From a virus (taxonomy: Duplodnaviria > Caudoviricetes), in IMG/VR virus record IMGVR_UViG_3300028384_000913, positions 1 through 54,585 of that record: DNA of 54,585 nt; one strand, written 5' to 3'. Shown piece by piece: positions 1 to 8,923 of this stretch (position 1 is its first letter; each line of letters starts with the position of its first letter). A program made the translations under genes and the position numbers. Below the pieces are notes generated by a model, which did no database searches, was not told the origin of the DNA, and saw only the letters and a program-made list of their open reading frames with translations.

Positions 1-307
1 GAGTATTAAAGCATGGAGTGATGAACAAGAGACAGAACTAATTAAAATGTACACTGAAGATGGTATTAAGGATGTATATGAATTAGCTTCTCATTTCTCA
101 AAAGGTTATAGAAGTGTTATAAGTAAATTAGTACAGTTGAAGATTTACGAAAAACCTGAAATCAATGAGGAAGATAAATCTCAGACTGTAAAGATCATGC
201 TAAGAGAACTTGAAGAAATACTTGATATTGAGATAGACGGAACAAATCTTAATAAAAAGGAAAATCTTAGCGCTTTACTTGATGCTGTCAAAAAGAGGAT
301 AGATTGA
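1..307 (+). CDS. T5 D3-like DNA-binding protein (5' end at window edge)
   Basis: Frame is open from nt 2 (SIKAWSDEQETELIKMY...), so the ATG probably ends at nt 1. The W..E.E..L..MY...SV.SKL pattern resembles T5 D3. Confidence 0.55.
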   Translation, partial: SIKAWSDEQETELIKMYTEDGIKDVYELASHFSKGYRSVISKLVQLKIYEKPEINEEDKSQTVKIMLRELEEILDIEIDGTNLNKKENLSALLDAVKKRID

Positions 308-852
308 AACACGACCCAGAACCATTACGATATTATGATTGGATGTTATGGAAAATGAGACAACTTGATAAGGAAGAAGCTTTGAAAAAACCTAAAATAT
401 ATGAATCGCCAGATGGGGGTAAAACTGTTTATAAACGTGACATTGGAGCCCCTATCAGTTCAAGAATAGAACTTGATCCTGCTAAAAGAAACTGGGAATA
501 CGACGGGGACGGAAGTAAGATCTATAAGCCAGAAGTAGGTTTTGGAACAAAGACCCTTGTTAGAGAAGGAGACCTTTCTCGCATAGATTATAGATTTAAC
601 GAACATAAATACATAGAAGAACTTCAAGAATATATAGATAAAACCTATAGTCAACATTACTCTGCAAATAAATTTCAATCTACTGAAGTAATCATTGATA
701 GAGGTCATGGTACAGGTTTCTGTATGGGTAACGTAGACAAATATTCAAATCGCTATGGTAAAAAAGGCGAAAGAGACGATCATAGAAAAGATCTTATGAA
801 GATTTTACACTATGCACTTTTACAGTTGTACGTTCATGATAACGAATCTTGA
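304..852 (+). CDS. DUF3310/SaV-like protein (putative nucleotide kinase family) with N-terminal extension
   Basis: C-terminal YSQHY...GFCMGNVDKY..RYGKKG...DLMKILHYA motif. Confidence 0.7.
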   Translation: MKHDPEPLRYYDWMLWKMRQLDKEEALKKPKIYESPDGGKTVYKRDIGAPISSRIELDPAKRNWEYDGDGSKIYKPEVGFGTKTLVREGDLSRIDYRFNEHKYIEELQEYIDKTYSQHYSANKFQSTEVIIDRGHGTGFCMGNVDKYSNRYGKKGERDDHRKDLMKILHYALLQLYVHDNES

Positions 853-1336
853 AGAACATTTCACAAACGATTATGTCAGCCACGATGAAGATCCTCACGT
901 GGCTGATCTTGTAAGAAAATCAATTTCTACTCTAGATGTAGGTTGTGGAGATAACTTATTTAGTAAGTTTCAAACTAATGGTTGTTTTATAGGAGTAGAC
1001 CCTTTTAATAAAAATGCTGATTGGATTGGGGATATTCTTGATTATGAAAGTCCGTTTAACTATGATCTAATAATATGTTTTGGATCAATAAACTTTTACA
1101 ACATGAAATGGGTTGATGATCGTATGCATAAAGTATTTTCTCTATGGAGTAGAAAAAATAGAATTTGCATGAAAGTAAACCCTAACCAAGCATTTGCTAG
1201 TGGTATAAGGTTAGAATGGTTTGACAAGTGGACTCACGGACTTGCTTATCATTATGCAGAGATGTATGATTGTTATGTAACAGAATTTAGAGAGGCGGAA
1301 GATGGCAGATTTAAATGGGACTACATGGCCAGATAA
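836..1336 (+). CDS. Class I SAM-dependent methyltransferase
   Basis: Motifs LDVGCG, IGVDPF and YDLIICFGSINF. ATG 836 preferred over 812. Confidence 0.75.
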   Translation: MITNLEEHFTNDYVSHDEDPHVADLVRKSISTLDVGCGDNLFSKFQTNGCFIGVDPFNKNADWIGDILDYESPFNYDLIICFGSINFYNMKWVDDRMHKVFSLWSRKNRICMKVNPNQAFASGIRLEWFDKWTHGLAYHYAEMYDCYVTEFREAEDGRFKWDYMAR

Positions 1337-1673
1337 AATATTCTTTTGCGGAGTGCCAGGGTCTAGATGGAGTGGTATAGCACAAGAAATAAAGGCTAAA
1401 GAAGGAATGAACATTTCTGATAGAGCTTCTCATAGAGTTTACAAGCACGGAAAGTTCGGAGGTCATATAGACGCATATTTTGGTACAGGTATGGAATTCA
1501 GCTGTAAACTGTCCGAAGAAAATTTAAGGTATGAGAGTGACTACTGGATGCGTGCTAAGATTGAAGAACAAAATAATCTTATACTAGACTTTGCTCAAAG
1601 AAATAATCTTAGCTGGAAACAACACCATAAACACAGAAATGTATTTATAACAACATGCTTGAATTACTCTTAG
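1302..1673 (+). CDS. Sulfotransferase/P-loop-like hypothetical protein, possibly internally deleted
   Basis: IFFCGVPGSRWSG loop and GH..AYFG.GMEF motif; only 123 aa. Confidence 0.45.
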   Translation: MADLNGTTWPDKIFFCGVPGSRWSGIAQEIKAKEGMNISDRASHRVYKHGKFGGHIDAYFGTGMEFSCKLSEENLRYESDYWMRAKIEEQNNLILDFAQRNNLSWKQHHKHRNVFITTCLNYS

Positions 1674-2980
1674 GAACCTTATACGGTTTATTGGTTGGAA
1701 TTATACCTTCAGCAGGGGCTACGACAGGCCTTGTGGCTCTTTTTGGTTTTATGCATCTATTCCCTGATGAATACTCAGCTATAATTTTTATCATGGCTAC
1801 AGTAGCCGCTTCAACAACAGCAGACACTTTTGCCTCTGTACTTTTAGGTATACCAGGAGCAAACAGTGCTGCAGCAACTATACAAGACGGTCACCCCCTA
1901 GCTAGAAAAGGTAAGTCTGAATTAGCACTATCTGCAGCGATTACGTCCTCTACATTCAACGGATTATTATGGGGTTTTATTGTATTTGTATTTTTAGAAA
2001 ATCTAGAATTTGTATATACATATATTGGTAGTATTCAGCTATGGTTTATTACGCTGTTTGCTTTCTTTTGTGTTGTTCTTGTATTAGGAAAAAAATGGTA
2101 TCTAGGAGTAATAGGAATTGCTCTTGGTATTTTATTTGCTTTAGTAGGCTCTGATCCCATAACAAATGCTCCAAGATTAACTTTTGGTTGGGGATATTTA
2201 GAAAGTGGTATACAACTTATGCCTTTGATTGCAGGGGTTTTTGCAGTACCCCAAATTATAGATGGATTAGCGGGATGGTCAGCACCGGTAAAGCATGACA
2301 GAAAATCATATAAGTTGCTCGGAATATACGCTGTTTTTAAAAATTTAGGATTAAGTCTACGTGGAGGAATAATCGGCGCAACTATAGGATTCCTACCTGG
2401 ATTAGGCGGGGCAGTGTCTGACTGGATATCTTATGGCCATACGGTAGCGACTACAAAAAATCCTAAAATACCTTTTGGTAGAGGAAATATAAGAGGTGTT
2501 ATCGGTCCTGAAGGATCTAATAATGCTCAAAAAGCTACAAGTATGATAACTACAGTATTGTTTGGAATACCAGGCGCTCCCTTTGCTGCAGTCATCATGG
2601 GTTTGTTGATGTATCTAAACATCGAATTAGGTGATCCCTCTCTTTTTTACGATGAAATGATATTCGACTCTATGTTACTTGGTTTTATAGGCGGAACAGT
2701 CATAGTAGCTGTGATAATGTTTGCTTTACTAAAACCAATATGTTATATTACCAGAATTCCAGTAAAAATATTTTTTCCATTTTTATTTATTTTACTGCTT
2801 TGGAGCTGCGCTCAATACACAGGAGGATGGGAAGATTACTTGGTATTTTTTATCTTCTCTGTATTAGGATATATAATACACAAGCTTAACATATCAAAAC
2901 CAGCTTTATTGTTGTCTTTTATTCTTTTCGAGAGATTTGAACTACTCTCAATTCAATTATTAACAAGGTATATATTATGA
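1655..2980 (+). CDS. tctA: Tripartite tricarboxylate transporter large membrane subunit
   Basis: Very hydrophobic. Family motifs SVLLGIPG..SAAAT..DGHPLA.KG and GVIGPEGSNNA...GIPG. Confidence 0.9.
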   Translation: MLELLLGTLYGLLVGIIPSAGATTGLVALFGFMHLFPDEYSAIIFIMATVAASTTADTFASVLLGIPGANSAAATIQDGHPLARKGKSELALSAAITSSTFNGLLWGFIVFVFLENLEFVYTYIGSIQLWFITLFAFFCVVLVLGKKWYLGVIGIALGILFALVGSDPITNAPRLTFGWGYLESGIQLMPLIAGVFAVPQIIDGLAGWSAPVKHDRKSYKLLGIYAVFKNLGLSLRGGIIGATIGFLPGLGGAVSDWISYGHTVATTKNPKIPFGRGNIRGVIGPEGSNNAQKATSMITTVLFGIPGAPFAAVIMGLLMYLNIELGDPSLFYDEMIFDSMLLGFIGGTVIVAVIMFALLKPICYITRIPVKIFFPFLFILLLWSCAQYTGGWEDYLVFFIFSVLGYIIHKLNISKPALLLSFILFERFELLSIQLLTRYIL

Positions 2981-3993
2981 AAAAACTACTTTTAACGTTA
3001 GCTACTTGTACTGCTCTTACAACCCCTGCTTTTGCAGAATATAAAATGATCATTCCACAAAAGCCAGGAGGAGGCACTTCGCAATGGGCTACAATTATTG
3101 CAAAATACCTAGAACCACATCTAGGAGAAAAAATTAAATTAGTGCATATTCCAGGTGCTAGAGACATTCCTGGATTTAATAAATTCCATAATGAATTACG
3201 TTTTGATGATAAAACTATTATGGTGTCGCACGGCGGTAACGGTGTATCGTATCTTACTGAGAACGTAGACTATAATTACAAAGACTATCAGCCAATTGGC
3301 GGTATGAATCTTACTATTCATATTGGAGAAAAAGAATTAGGAGATCACATTTACTTTGCAGGAGGTTCAGGCAATATCCCAGATGTTATGGCATTAACTC
3401 TCTATATGTGTGGAAATCTTGGAAGCTTTGAAGAATACGAAAAATGCTACAAAGACAATATCACTTTTGTAAAAGGAATGTCTGGAAGTGAAAGAAGGTT
3501 AGCATTCAATAATGGTGAGCTGAATATTACGAGAGAGAACCCTGCCGCCTACAAAAAACATGCTAAAGCAGCTAATCTGTTATTCACACATGGAGTTTTT
3601 GACTTAGATGAAGGCAAAGTTGTTGATGATAGAAATAAACCTAATATGTCATTTGATAAAGTCTTCACTGCAAAATGGGGGGAAGCACCTCAAGGTGATT
3701 TTTACGATGCATACATGCTTGTTAAAAACTACAGAGACATGCTACAAAAAGCATTATGGATGAATAAAGATAATCCTAACTCGGTACCTGTGACTTTGGC
3801 ACTCCTTGATATGCTAGAAGATAATGAAGCTATGGCAGCTATCGAGAAAAAAGTAGGAGACTATGACTGGTTTATTGCAGACGAACTAATTGAAGCTGTG
3901 AACTATCTTGAGAACAATAAAAATGAAGAGACCCAAGATTATCTCATTAAATGGCAAAGACAAGTCTTAGGGTATAATGCAGTCAAAAAATAG
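2977..3993 (+). CDS. tctC: TctC/Bug-like periplasmic substrate-binding protein
   Basis: Sec signal peptide ending TPAFA; IIPQKPGGGTS...LGEKI....PGA motif; ATGA overlap with tctA. Confidence 0.8.
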   Translation: MKKLLLTLATCTALTTPAFAEYKMIIPQKPGGGTSQWATIIAKYLEPHLGEKIKLVHIPGARDIPGFNKFHNELRFDDKTIMVSHGGNGVSYLTENVDYNYKDYQPIGGMNLTIHIGEKELGDHIYFAGGSGNIPDVMALTLYMCGNLGSFEEYEKCYKDNITFVKGMSGSERRLAFNNGELNITRENPAAYKKHAKAANLLFTHGVFDLDEGKVVDDRNKPNMSFDKVFTAKWGEAPQGDFYDAYMLVKNYRDMLQKALWMNKDNPNSVPVTLALLDMLEDNEAMAAIEKKVGDYDWFIADELIEAVNYLENNKNEETQDYLIKWQRQVLGYNAVKK

Positions 3994-4621
3994 TAAATTC
4001 TATTTTGATAAACTAATTAAGAAATACTCGAAACAAATTACCTTCATATACTATAGACCAGAATATGGAGGTAATTTATTAAATAGAATCATATTATCAG
4101 ACGAAGCATATTTCTGGGGAGAACAGCATAACTCTGCTGAGTCTACTCTAAAGCCTCTTGAATACCCTAAATCAACTGAAGGGTTTAATGTTCAAAATAA
4201 TCATTTTTTATCCTTCAAAGAACAACACCTGTCATGTGTTCATTCAAGTGACATTCCTTATCCTATACCTCTAAGAGAGCATGATTACGAAATACTTTTA
4301 AGGTACAAAAAAGCTCTACAAAATAATTTGAAAATATGTATCAAGTCTCAAAGAATAGATCAAGAAAACAACACTTGCAAAGGAATTAGATTGTATGGTC
4401 AACCATTATACAGATTTAATAGCGGTGACGCTGTTGAAAAAAGTTTTCATAAAAATGTTCTTAACGTTGAAGCTAAAAAACTATTCTCCGAAGATTATGA
4501 AGAATTTTTAGAAGAATACTTAAAGGTGGTTAGGTTTTTAGACTTGGCTCCAAACGTAAACCAAGTAAGGGCTTTCATATTACTATGGATAGAGAAACAA
4601 AAAAGATTCAAGCTGTCATAA
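3977..4621 (+). CDS. Hypothetical protein, paralogue of 4585..5253
   Basis: Shares PLE.P...EGF, FKE.HL...H and KL.SEDY..F..EYL....L...PN.N.VR.FILL with the next ORF. Confidence 0.7.
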   Translation: MQSKNSKFYFDKLIKKYSKQITFIYYRPEYGGNLLNRIILSDEAYFWGEQHNSAESTLKPLEYPKSTEGFNVQNNHFLSFKEQHLSCVHSSDIPYPIPLREHDYEILLRYKKALQNNLKICIKSQRIDQENNTCKGIRLYGQPLYRFNSGDAVEKSFHKNVLNVEAKKLFSEDYEEFLEEYLKVVRFLDLAPNVNQVRAFILLWIEKQKRFKLS

Positions 4622-5253
4622 ATAAGTTTCCTAACAGTTATTGCTTATTAGAAGCGCCAAAAGGCATGTTTGGTAGCCTGGTATATAGAATTATTGCCGC
4701 TTCTTCAGATAAGATAATTTGGAACTCATCCTTTTGCGGAAGCATCGAAGACCTAGCTCCTCTAGAGTGGCCGAGATATCAAGAAGGCTTTCTAATTTAT
4801 AATATAGGTAAAGCTACTTACAAATTCTTTAAAGAAAGTCATTTAGCTGCAGCACACATAAGCCTTCCTTTATTAGAGAATATGTCTTACCAAGAACTAA
4901 AAAATAGCTCTAATTTCAAAAAATCTCTGCTTATAAAAAGCCATATGACTGATCTTCATGAAAATTACGACTGCAAGGTTTACAGACTAACTGGGTCTTT
5001 GAAAAATATTGTACCGTATGATAAAAATACTCAACTAAGATCAGAACAACATTTAAACTTTATGCCTGCTAAAACAAATAAAGTGTATAATATAGATGTT
5101 GAAAAGCTGATGAGCGAAGACTACGATGTTTTTGAAAAAGAGTATTTAAGTTTATGTGATACTTTAGATACGCTTCCTAATATTAATAACGTCAGACAAT
5201 TCATACTTTTGATGAGGGATAAACTAAAAAGATATCATTTAAGTCTTTCTTAA
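4585..5253 (+). CDS. Hypothetical protein, paralogue of 3977..4621
   Basis: Same shared motifs; overlaps the upstream paralogue. Confidence 0.7.
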   Translation: MDRETKKIQAVINKFPNSYCLLEAPKGMFGSLVYRIIAASSDKIIWNSSFCGSIEDLAPLEWPRYQEGFLIYNIGKATYKFFKESHLAAAHISLPLLENMSYQELKNSSNFKKSLLIKSHMTDLHENYDCKVYRLTGSLKNIVPYDKNTQLRSEQHLNFMPAKTNKVYNIDVEKLMSEDYDVFEKEYLSLCDTLDTLPNINNVRQFILLMRDKLKRYHLSLS

Positions 5254-5280
5254 TGGTTATTTTTCTTATATTATCTTTAT

Positions 5281-7014
5281 ATGAATTACAAAGAACTTAA
5301 AGAACTAATCCAAAAACACAACCAAGCATACTATGATTACTCAGCGTCAGCAATCAGTGACTCTGAGTATGATCAGCTATACGATAAGCTTGAAGCAATT
5401 GAAAAAGCACAAGGTTGGCGTGACCATGATTCTCCTACAACAAAAGTTGGTGGAGCAGCAGGTAAAGTAACTCACCCTTACAAACTATATTCATTACGAA
5501 AAGTCTACGAATTCGAAGAAGTAGATCCTTTTATGACAGTGAAGCTACCAAAAATTGATGGTGCTAATCTTTCTCTTATCTATAAGAGAGGAAAGCTAAA
5601 TTTGGCATTGACTAGGGGTAACGGTGAACAAGGTACAGATGTATCTCATCTAGCAGGTTTTTTGATTAGCGTTCCTCAAAATATCGAGACAGATTTGGAA
5701 GAGATCGTGATAAATGGCGAGTGTGTCACTGAGAACAATGTCGAAAATTATCGCAACTATGTATCAGGTGCTCTCGGACTAGACAGCGCTATTGAGTTTT
5801 CTGAACGTAACATTAAGTTCATTGCTCACGATTGGCTAGGCGTTCAAATGAATTACAAAGCGAGAATGGCCATCATTAAAAACATGGGCTTCTCAACTGT
5901 GATGGATGATGAGTCATGGGAATATCCTCAAGACGGGGTTGTTTACAGAACTGATTCTTGGAAACAAGAACAAAACTTAGGCTGGACTTCTAAGTATCCT
6001 AAATTTGCTGTCGCATTGAAAGAACGTGAAGCAGAAACTGCTATAACTACTTTACTAGGTGTTGAATGGACGATAGGCAGAACAGGAACAGTAAATCCAA
6101 CAGGAATTATCGAACCAGTCACACTTGATGATGCTGTACTACGTAGAGTAACTTTACATAATATTGGAATCATTGAAGAGCATGATCTAGGCTTAGGCGA
6201 CATGATTCAAGTTGAACGTGCAGGCGGGGTAATTCCTAAATTCTTGCGAGTTGTAGAACACTCTATACATAACCAAAAAATTACAAAACTAACTGCAGAA
6301 AGAGCCATTGGTAGCAAAACAAAGCGAGATGGTCCTAGACTAGTGGTTACTGATAAAGGTAATATTAATTCAACTAAAGTTTTGGAACATTTCATCAAGA
6401 CTTTAGAGATCAAAGGATTAGGTCCTGCTTCTGTAAAGAAGCTAGGCCTGACACACCCAGTAGATCTATTCGATCATCCAGACTGGGATAAGCTTGGCGC
6501 TAATGGTGTCAAAGTCGAAGCTGAGATTGATAGGGCTAAAACCAAATCATACGATATAGTTCTAGCATCCCTTGGAATTCCAGGAGTAGGTAAGTCTGCT
6601 GCAAAACTAATTGTAACAAAAATACCTGCCTTCAGAAATCTAAGAGACGTAGAAGTAACTTACATAAAAGGTATTGGTCCGTCAACGATTGAGTCAATCC
6701 TTGCTTGGCTAGACGACAACGAAGACTGGGTACATAATTTACCTCTTCAATTGGAACAGAATGTACAGGTTGAAGAAGTAATCACTGCCCAGCGTAAAGT
6801 ATGTATTACAGGTAAGCTTGATATGACTAGAAATCAGCTTGCTGAAATAATTGAAGAAAACGGCTTCAAGGTTACGTCAACTGTCACAAAAGATTGTTAT
6901 GCACTTATAGCAGGAGATACAACATCTTCAAAGTATAAGAAAGCTATGACTATCGGAGTAAATGTAATTGACTATTGGTCAAGTAAAAAAGATGTGCTCA
7001 GTGGTAATTTTTAA
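5281..7014 (+). CDS. ligA: NAD+-dependent DNA ligase, single-chain, with BRCT domain
   Basis: YY......SD.EYD (domain Ia), KIDG adenylation motif, TRGNG..G, DGVV, GRTG, TLHN, RAGGVIP, HhH repeats, VCITGKL BRCT. Confidence 0.95.
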   Translation: MNYKELKELIQKHNQAYYDYSASAISDSEYDQLYDKLEAIEKAQGWRDHDSPTTKVGGAAGKVTHPYKLYSLRKVYEFEEVDPFMTVKLPKIDGANLSLIYKRGKLNLALTRGNGEQGTDVSHLAGFLISVPQNIETDLEEIVINGECVTENNVENYRNYVSGALGLDSAIEFSERNIKFIAHDWLGVQMNYKARMAIIKNMGFSTVMDDESWEYPQDGVVYRTDSWKQEQNLGWTSKYPKFAVALKEREAETAITTLLGVEWTIGRTGTVNPTGIIEPVTLDDAVLRRVTLHNIGIIEEHDLGLGDMIQVERAGGVIPKFLRVVEHSIHNQKITKLTAERAIGSKTKRDGPRLVVTDKGNINSTKVLEHFIKTLEIKGLGPASVKKLGLTHPVDLFDHPDWDKLGANGVKVEAEIDRAKTKSYDIVLASLGIPGVGKSAAKLIVTKIPAFRNLRDVEVTYIKGIGPSTIESILAWLDDNEDWVHNLPLQLEQNVQVEEVITAQRKVCITGKLDMTRNQLAEIIEENGFKVTSTVTKDCYALIAGDTTSSKYKKAMTIGVNVIDYWSSKKDVLSGNF

Positions 7015-7059
7015 GAGATTTTTTAATGAACCACGGAAGAAGAAACCGTCAATTTTCAG

Positions 7060-7088
7060 TTGCTTGTTTTAAAGTTTTTCTGTAATAT
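7060..7088 (+). promoter_or_regulatory. Sigma70-like T5-type promoter for the D2-like gene
   Basis: TTGCTT (7060-7065), 17-nt spacer, TAATAT (7083-7088), in an intergenic gap. Confidence 0.7.
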
Positions 7089-7100
7089 CTATATATAAAG

Positions 7101-7124
7101 TCAAGAGGGAAACAAAACTCTTGA
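7101..7124 (+). other. 5'-UTR stem-loop
   Basis: TCAAGAG-N10-CTCTTGA just after the predicted transcription start. Confidence 0.5.
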
Positions 7125-7163
7125 GAATATTCAAAACCACAAACGATCAGAGGGGATCATACT

Positions 7164-7847
7164 ATGTCAAAATTTGAATACACTGAAGATATGGTTGCAC
7201 GTATGCACGATGTTGCTGGCGCAGGCGTAACTGAAGAATCAATCGAAGGTCTTATGGAAGAATTCGATTTCCCACGTCGGTCAGTAACCGCAAAACTGCG
7301 TAAGCTGGGCTACGACGTACCTAAAAAGCCAGGTGCAGCTCCTGTTTTCTCAGCAGAAGAAACAGACAAGCTGGCTGACTTCCTGAATACTAACTCAGGC
7401 AACATGACTGCTGAAGAAATTGCAGCAGAATTCATGGGTGGTAAGTTTACTGCTCGTCAAATCAACGGTAAAGCTCTTTCACTGGAAATGACATCACATG
7501 TCAAGCCAGCTGAGAAGAAGATCACTCCACGTACCTACACTGAGGAAGAAGAGTCAAAGATCGCATCTATGGTCGATGGCGGTTCATACCTCGAAGAGAT
7601 TGCTGACTCAATGGGTCGTTCTGTAAACTCAATTCGTGGCAAACTGTTGTCAATGGGTCTTAAGGCTCCACAGCGTGATAAGAAAGATACTAAAGCAGAC
7701 CCATATGCAGGTATCGAAGATATGCTGGATCAAACTGTCGAAGAGATCGCTGAATCATTCGACAAGACAGTACGAGGTGTAAAGACTGTTCTTACACGTC
7801 GCGGTCTTAGCTGTGCAGATTACACACCAAAAGCTGCTGGTGAGTAA
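7164..7847 (+). CDS. T5 D2-like DNA-binding protein with repeated HTH-like units
   Basis: RSV.AKLRK.G..V, AEEIAA...GG.F.A.QI.GK.LSLEMT..VKP.EK and RG.K..L.RRGL...DY resemble T5 D2. Codon bias (CGT, CTG, TTC, AAC) suggests high expression. Confidence 0.8.
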   Translation: MSKFEYTEDMVARMHDVAGAGVTEESIEGLMEEFDFPRRSVTAKLRKLGYDVPKKPGAAPVFSAEETDKLADFLNTNSGNMTAEEIAAEFMGGKFTARQINGKALSLEMTSHVKPAEKKITPRTYTEEEESKIASMVDGGSYLEEIADSMGRSVNSIRGKLLSMGLKAPQRDKKDTKADPYAGIEDMLDQTVEEIAESFDKTVRGVKTVLTRRGLSCADYTPKAAGE

Positions 7848-7871
7848 TTGAAATCCTTGGGGGGATATAGG

Positions 7872-7900
7872 GGGTGGTAGGTAACTACCACCCTTTTTTT
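7872..7900 (+). terminator. Rho-independent terminator
   Basis: GGGTGGTAG-GTAA-CTACCACCC: perfect 9-bp stem, GNRA loop, followed by T7. Confidence 0.9.
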
Positions 7901-7903
7901 ATT

Positions 7904-8923
7904 ATGTTCAAAGCATTTACAGAATTTCAAAAATTAAAAAAAGTTATGGTAGGCAGAGGTTTCTCAACCTCGATTGTAGAAAGTGGTTATCTTAGAGATA
8001 AACTAACTCCCTCAACTAAAAGTTTGCTAACAAATCTTTTAGAAGAGACTGAAGAAGATTATCAAAACTTAATTAACATATGCGAAGAATTCGGGGCACA
8101 AGTTGTGCGTCCAGAATACTCTTCAAATAATATGGATATTGTACCCTATCTAATGTCTCCTAGAGATAATCTAATAGCGTTACATGATTCGTTATTAGTG
8201 TGTAATGAGGCGATGCAAACTAGTATAGACCTGTGTGGCCCTTTTGTTAGTCAAACAGCTAATATTAAAAGAGGGAAACATACTTTCGGTTTGATGCCTC
8301 CTTCTATAGTAAGATTAGGTAAAGACATAATTTTAGATAAACAATCAGAACAAATATCAAATGCTGATTTAAGTGCAAAGTGGGTAAAAGATTGGTTAGA
8401 ACCTTTAGGGTATAATGTAATATATACTAAAACGCATGATTTCAAATTTAAAGGAAATATAAGTCACGGTGATGGGTGTTTCTCAATCCAAAAACCAGGT
8501 GTTATCTTAACGTGTAGAGAGGCTAAGCACTATACTGAGAATATATTTAAGAATTGGGATGTCTTTCAAGTTCCAAGTGCATGGGAAAAAATGAGTAAAT
8601 GGAACAAATTTAAAGAAGATACACGGTCTTATGCCTTTACTGATGTTAAATATATTGATCCCGTATGGAATAAATTAATAACAGACTGGTTATCTGATTG
8701 GGTTGGATATTCTCAAGAAACTATTTTTGACGTAAATGTATTATCTCTAGATGAAAATCATGTAGTAGTATCACATTACGATAAAGAAGTTTTTGCATAT
8801 TTTAAAAAGCACAAAATAGAACCTATAATAAGTCCTTGGAGACATAGATTTTTTTGGGATGGAGGAATACATTGTATAACACTAGACTTAGAAAGAGAAG
8901 GTGAATGTGAGCAATATCTATAA
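7904..8923 (+). CDS. Amidinotransferase-family (pentein) enzyme, copy 1
   Basis: PRD, RLGKDI, HGDG, FDVNVL, RH..FWDGGIHC.TLDL.R. ATG 7904 preferred because the track start lies in the terminator. Confidence 0.85.
   Translation: MFKAFTEFQKLKKVMVGRGFSTSIVESGYLRDKLTPSTKSLLTNLLEETEEDYQNLINICEEFGAQVVRPEYSSNNMDIVPYLMSPRDNLIALHDSLLVCNEAMQTSIDLCGPFVSQTANIKRGKHTFGLMPPSIVRLGKDIILDKQSEQISNADLSAKWVKDWLEPLGYNVIYTKTHDFKFKGNISHGDGCFSIQKPGVILTCREAKHYTENIFKNWDVFQVPSAWEKMSKWNKFKEDTRSYAFTDVKYIDPVWNKLITDWLSDWVGYSQETIFDVNVLSLDENHVVVSHYDKEVFAYFKKHKIEPIISPWRHRFFWDGGIHCITLDLEREGECEQYL

Noticed and set aside
1-2200. Apparent CTAG over-representation
   Set aside because: A rough hand count is close to the expectation for this base composition; a proper k-mer analysis is needed.
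5254-5280. Leaderless promoter for the ligase
   Set aside because: No RBS and an AT-rich gap, but no convincing -35 at proper spacing.
7874-7903. GTG start at 7874 for amidinotransferase copy 1
   Set aside because: It lies inside the terminator hairpin; ATG 7904 aligns with the paralogue's N-terminus.
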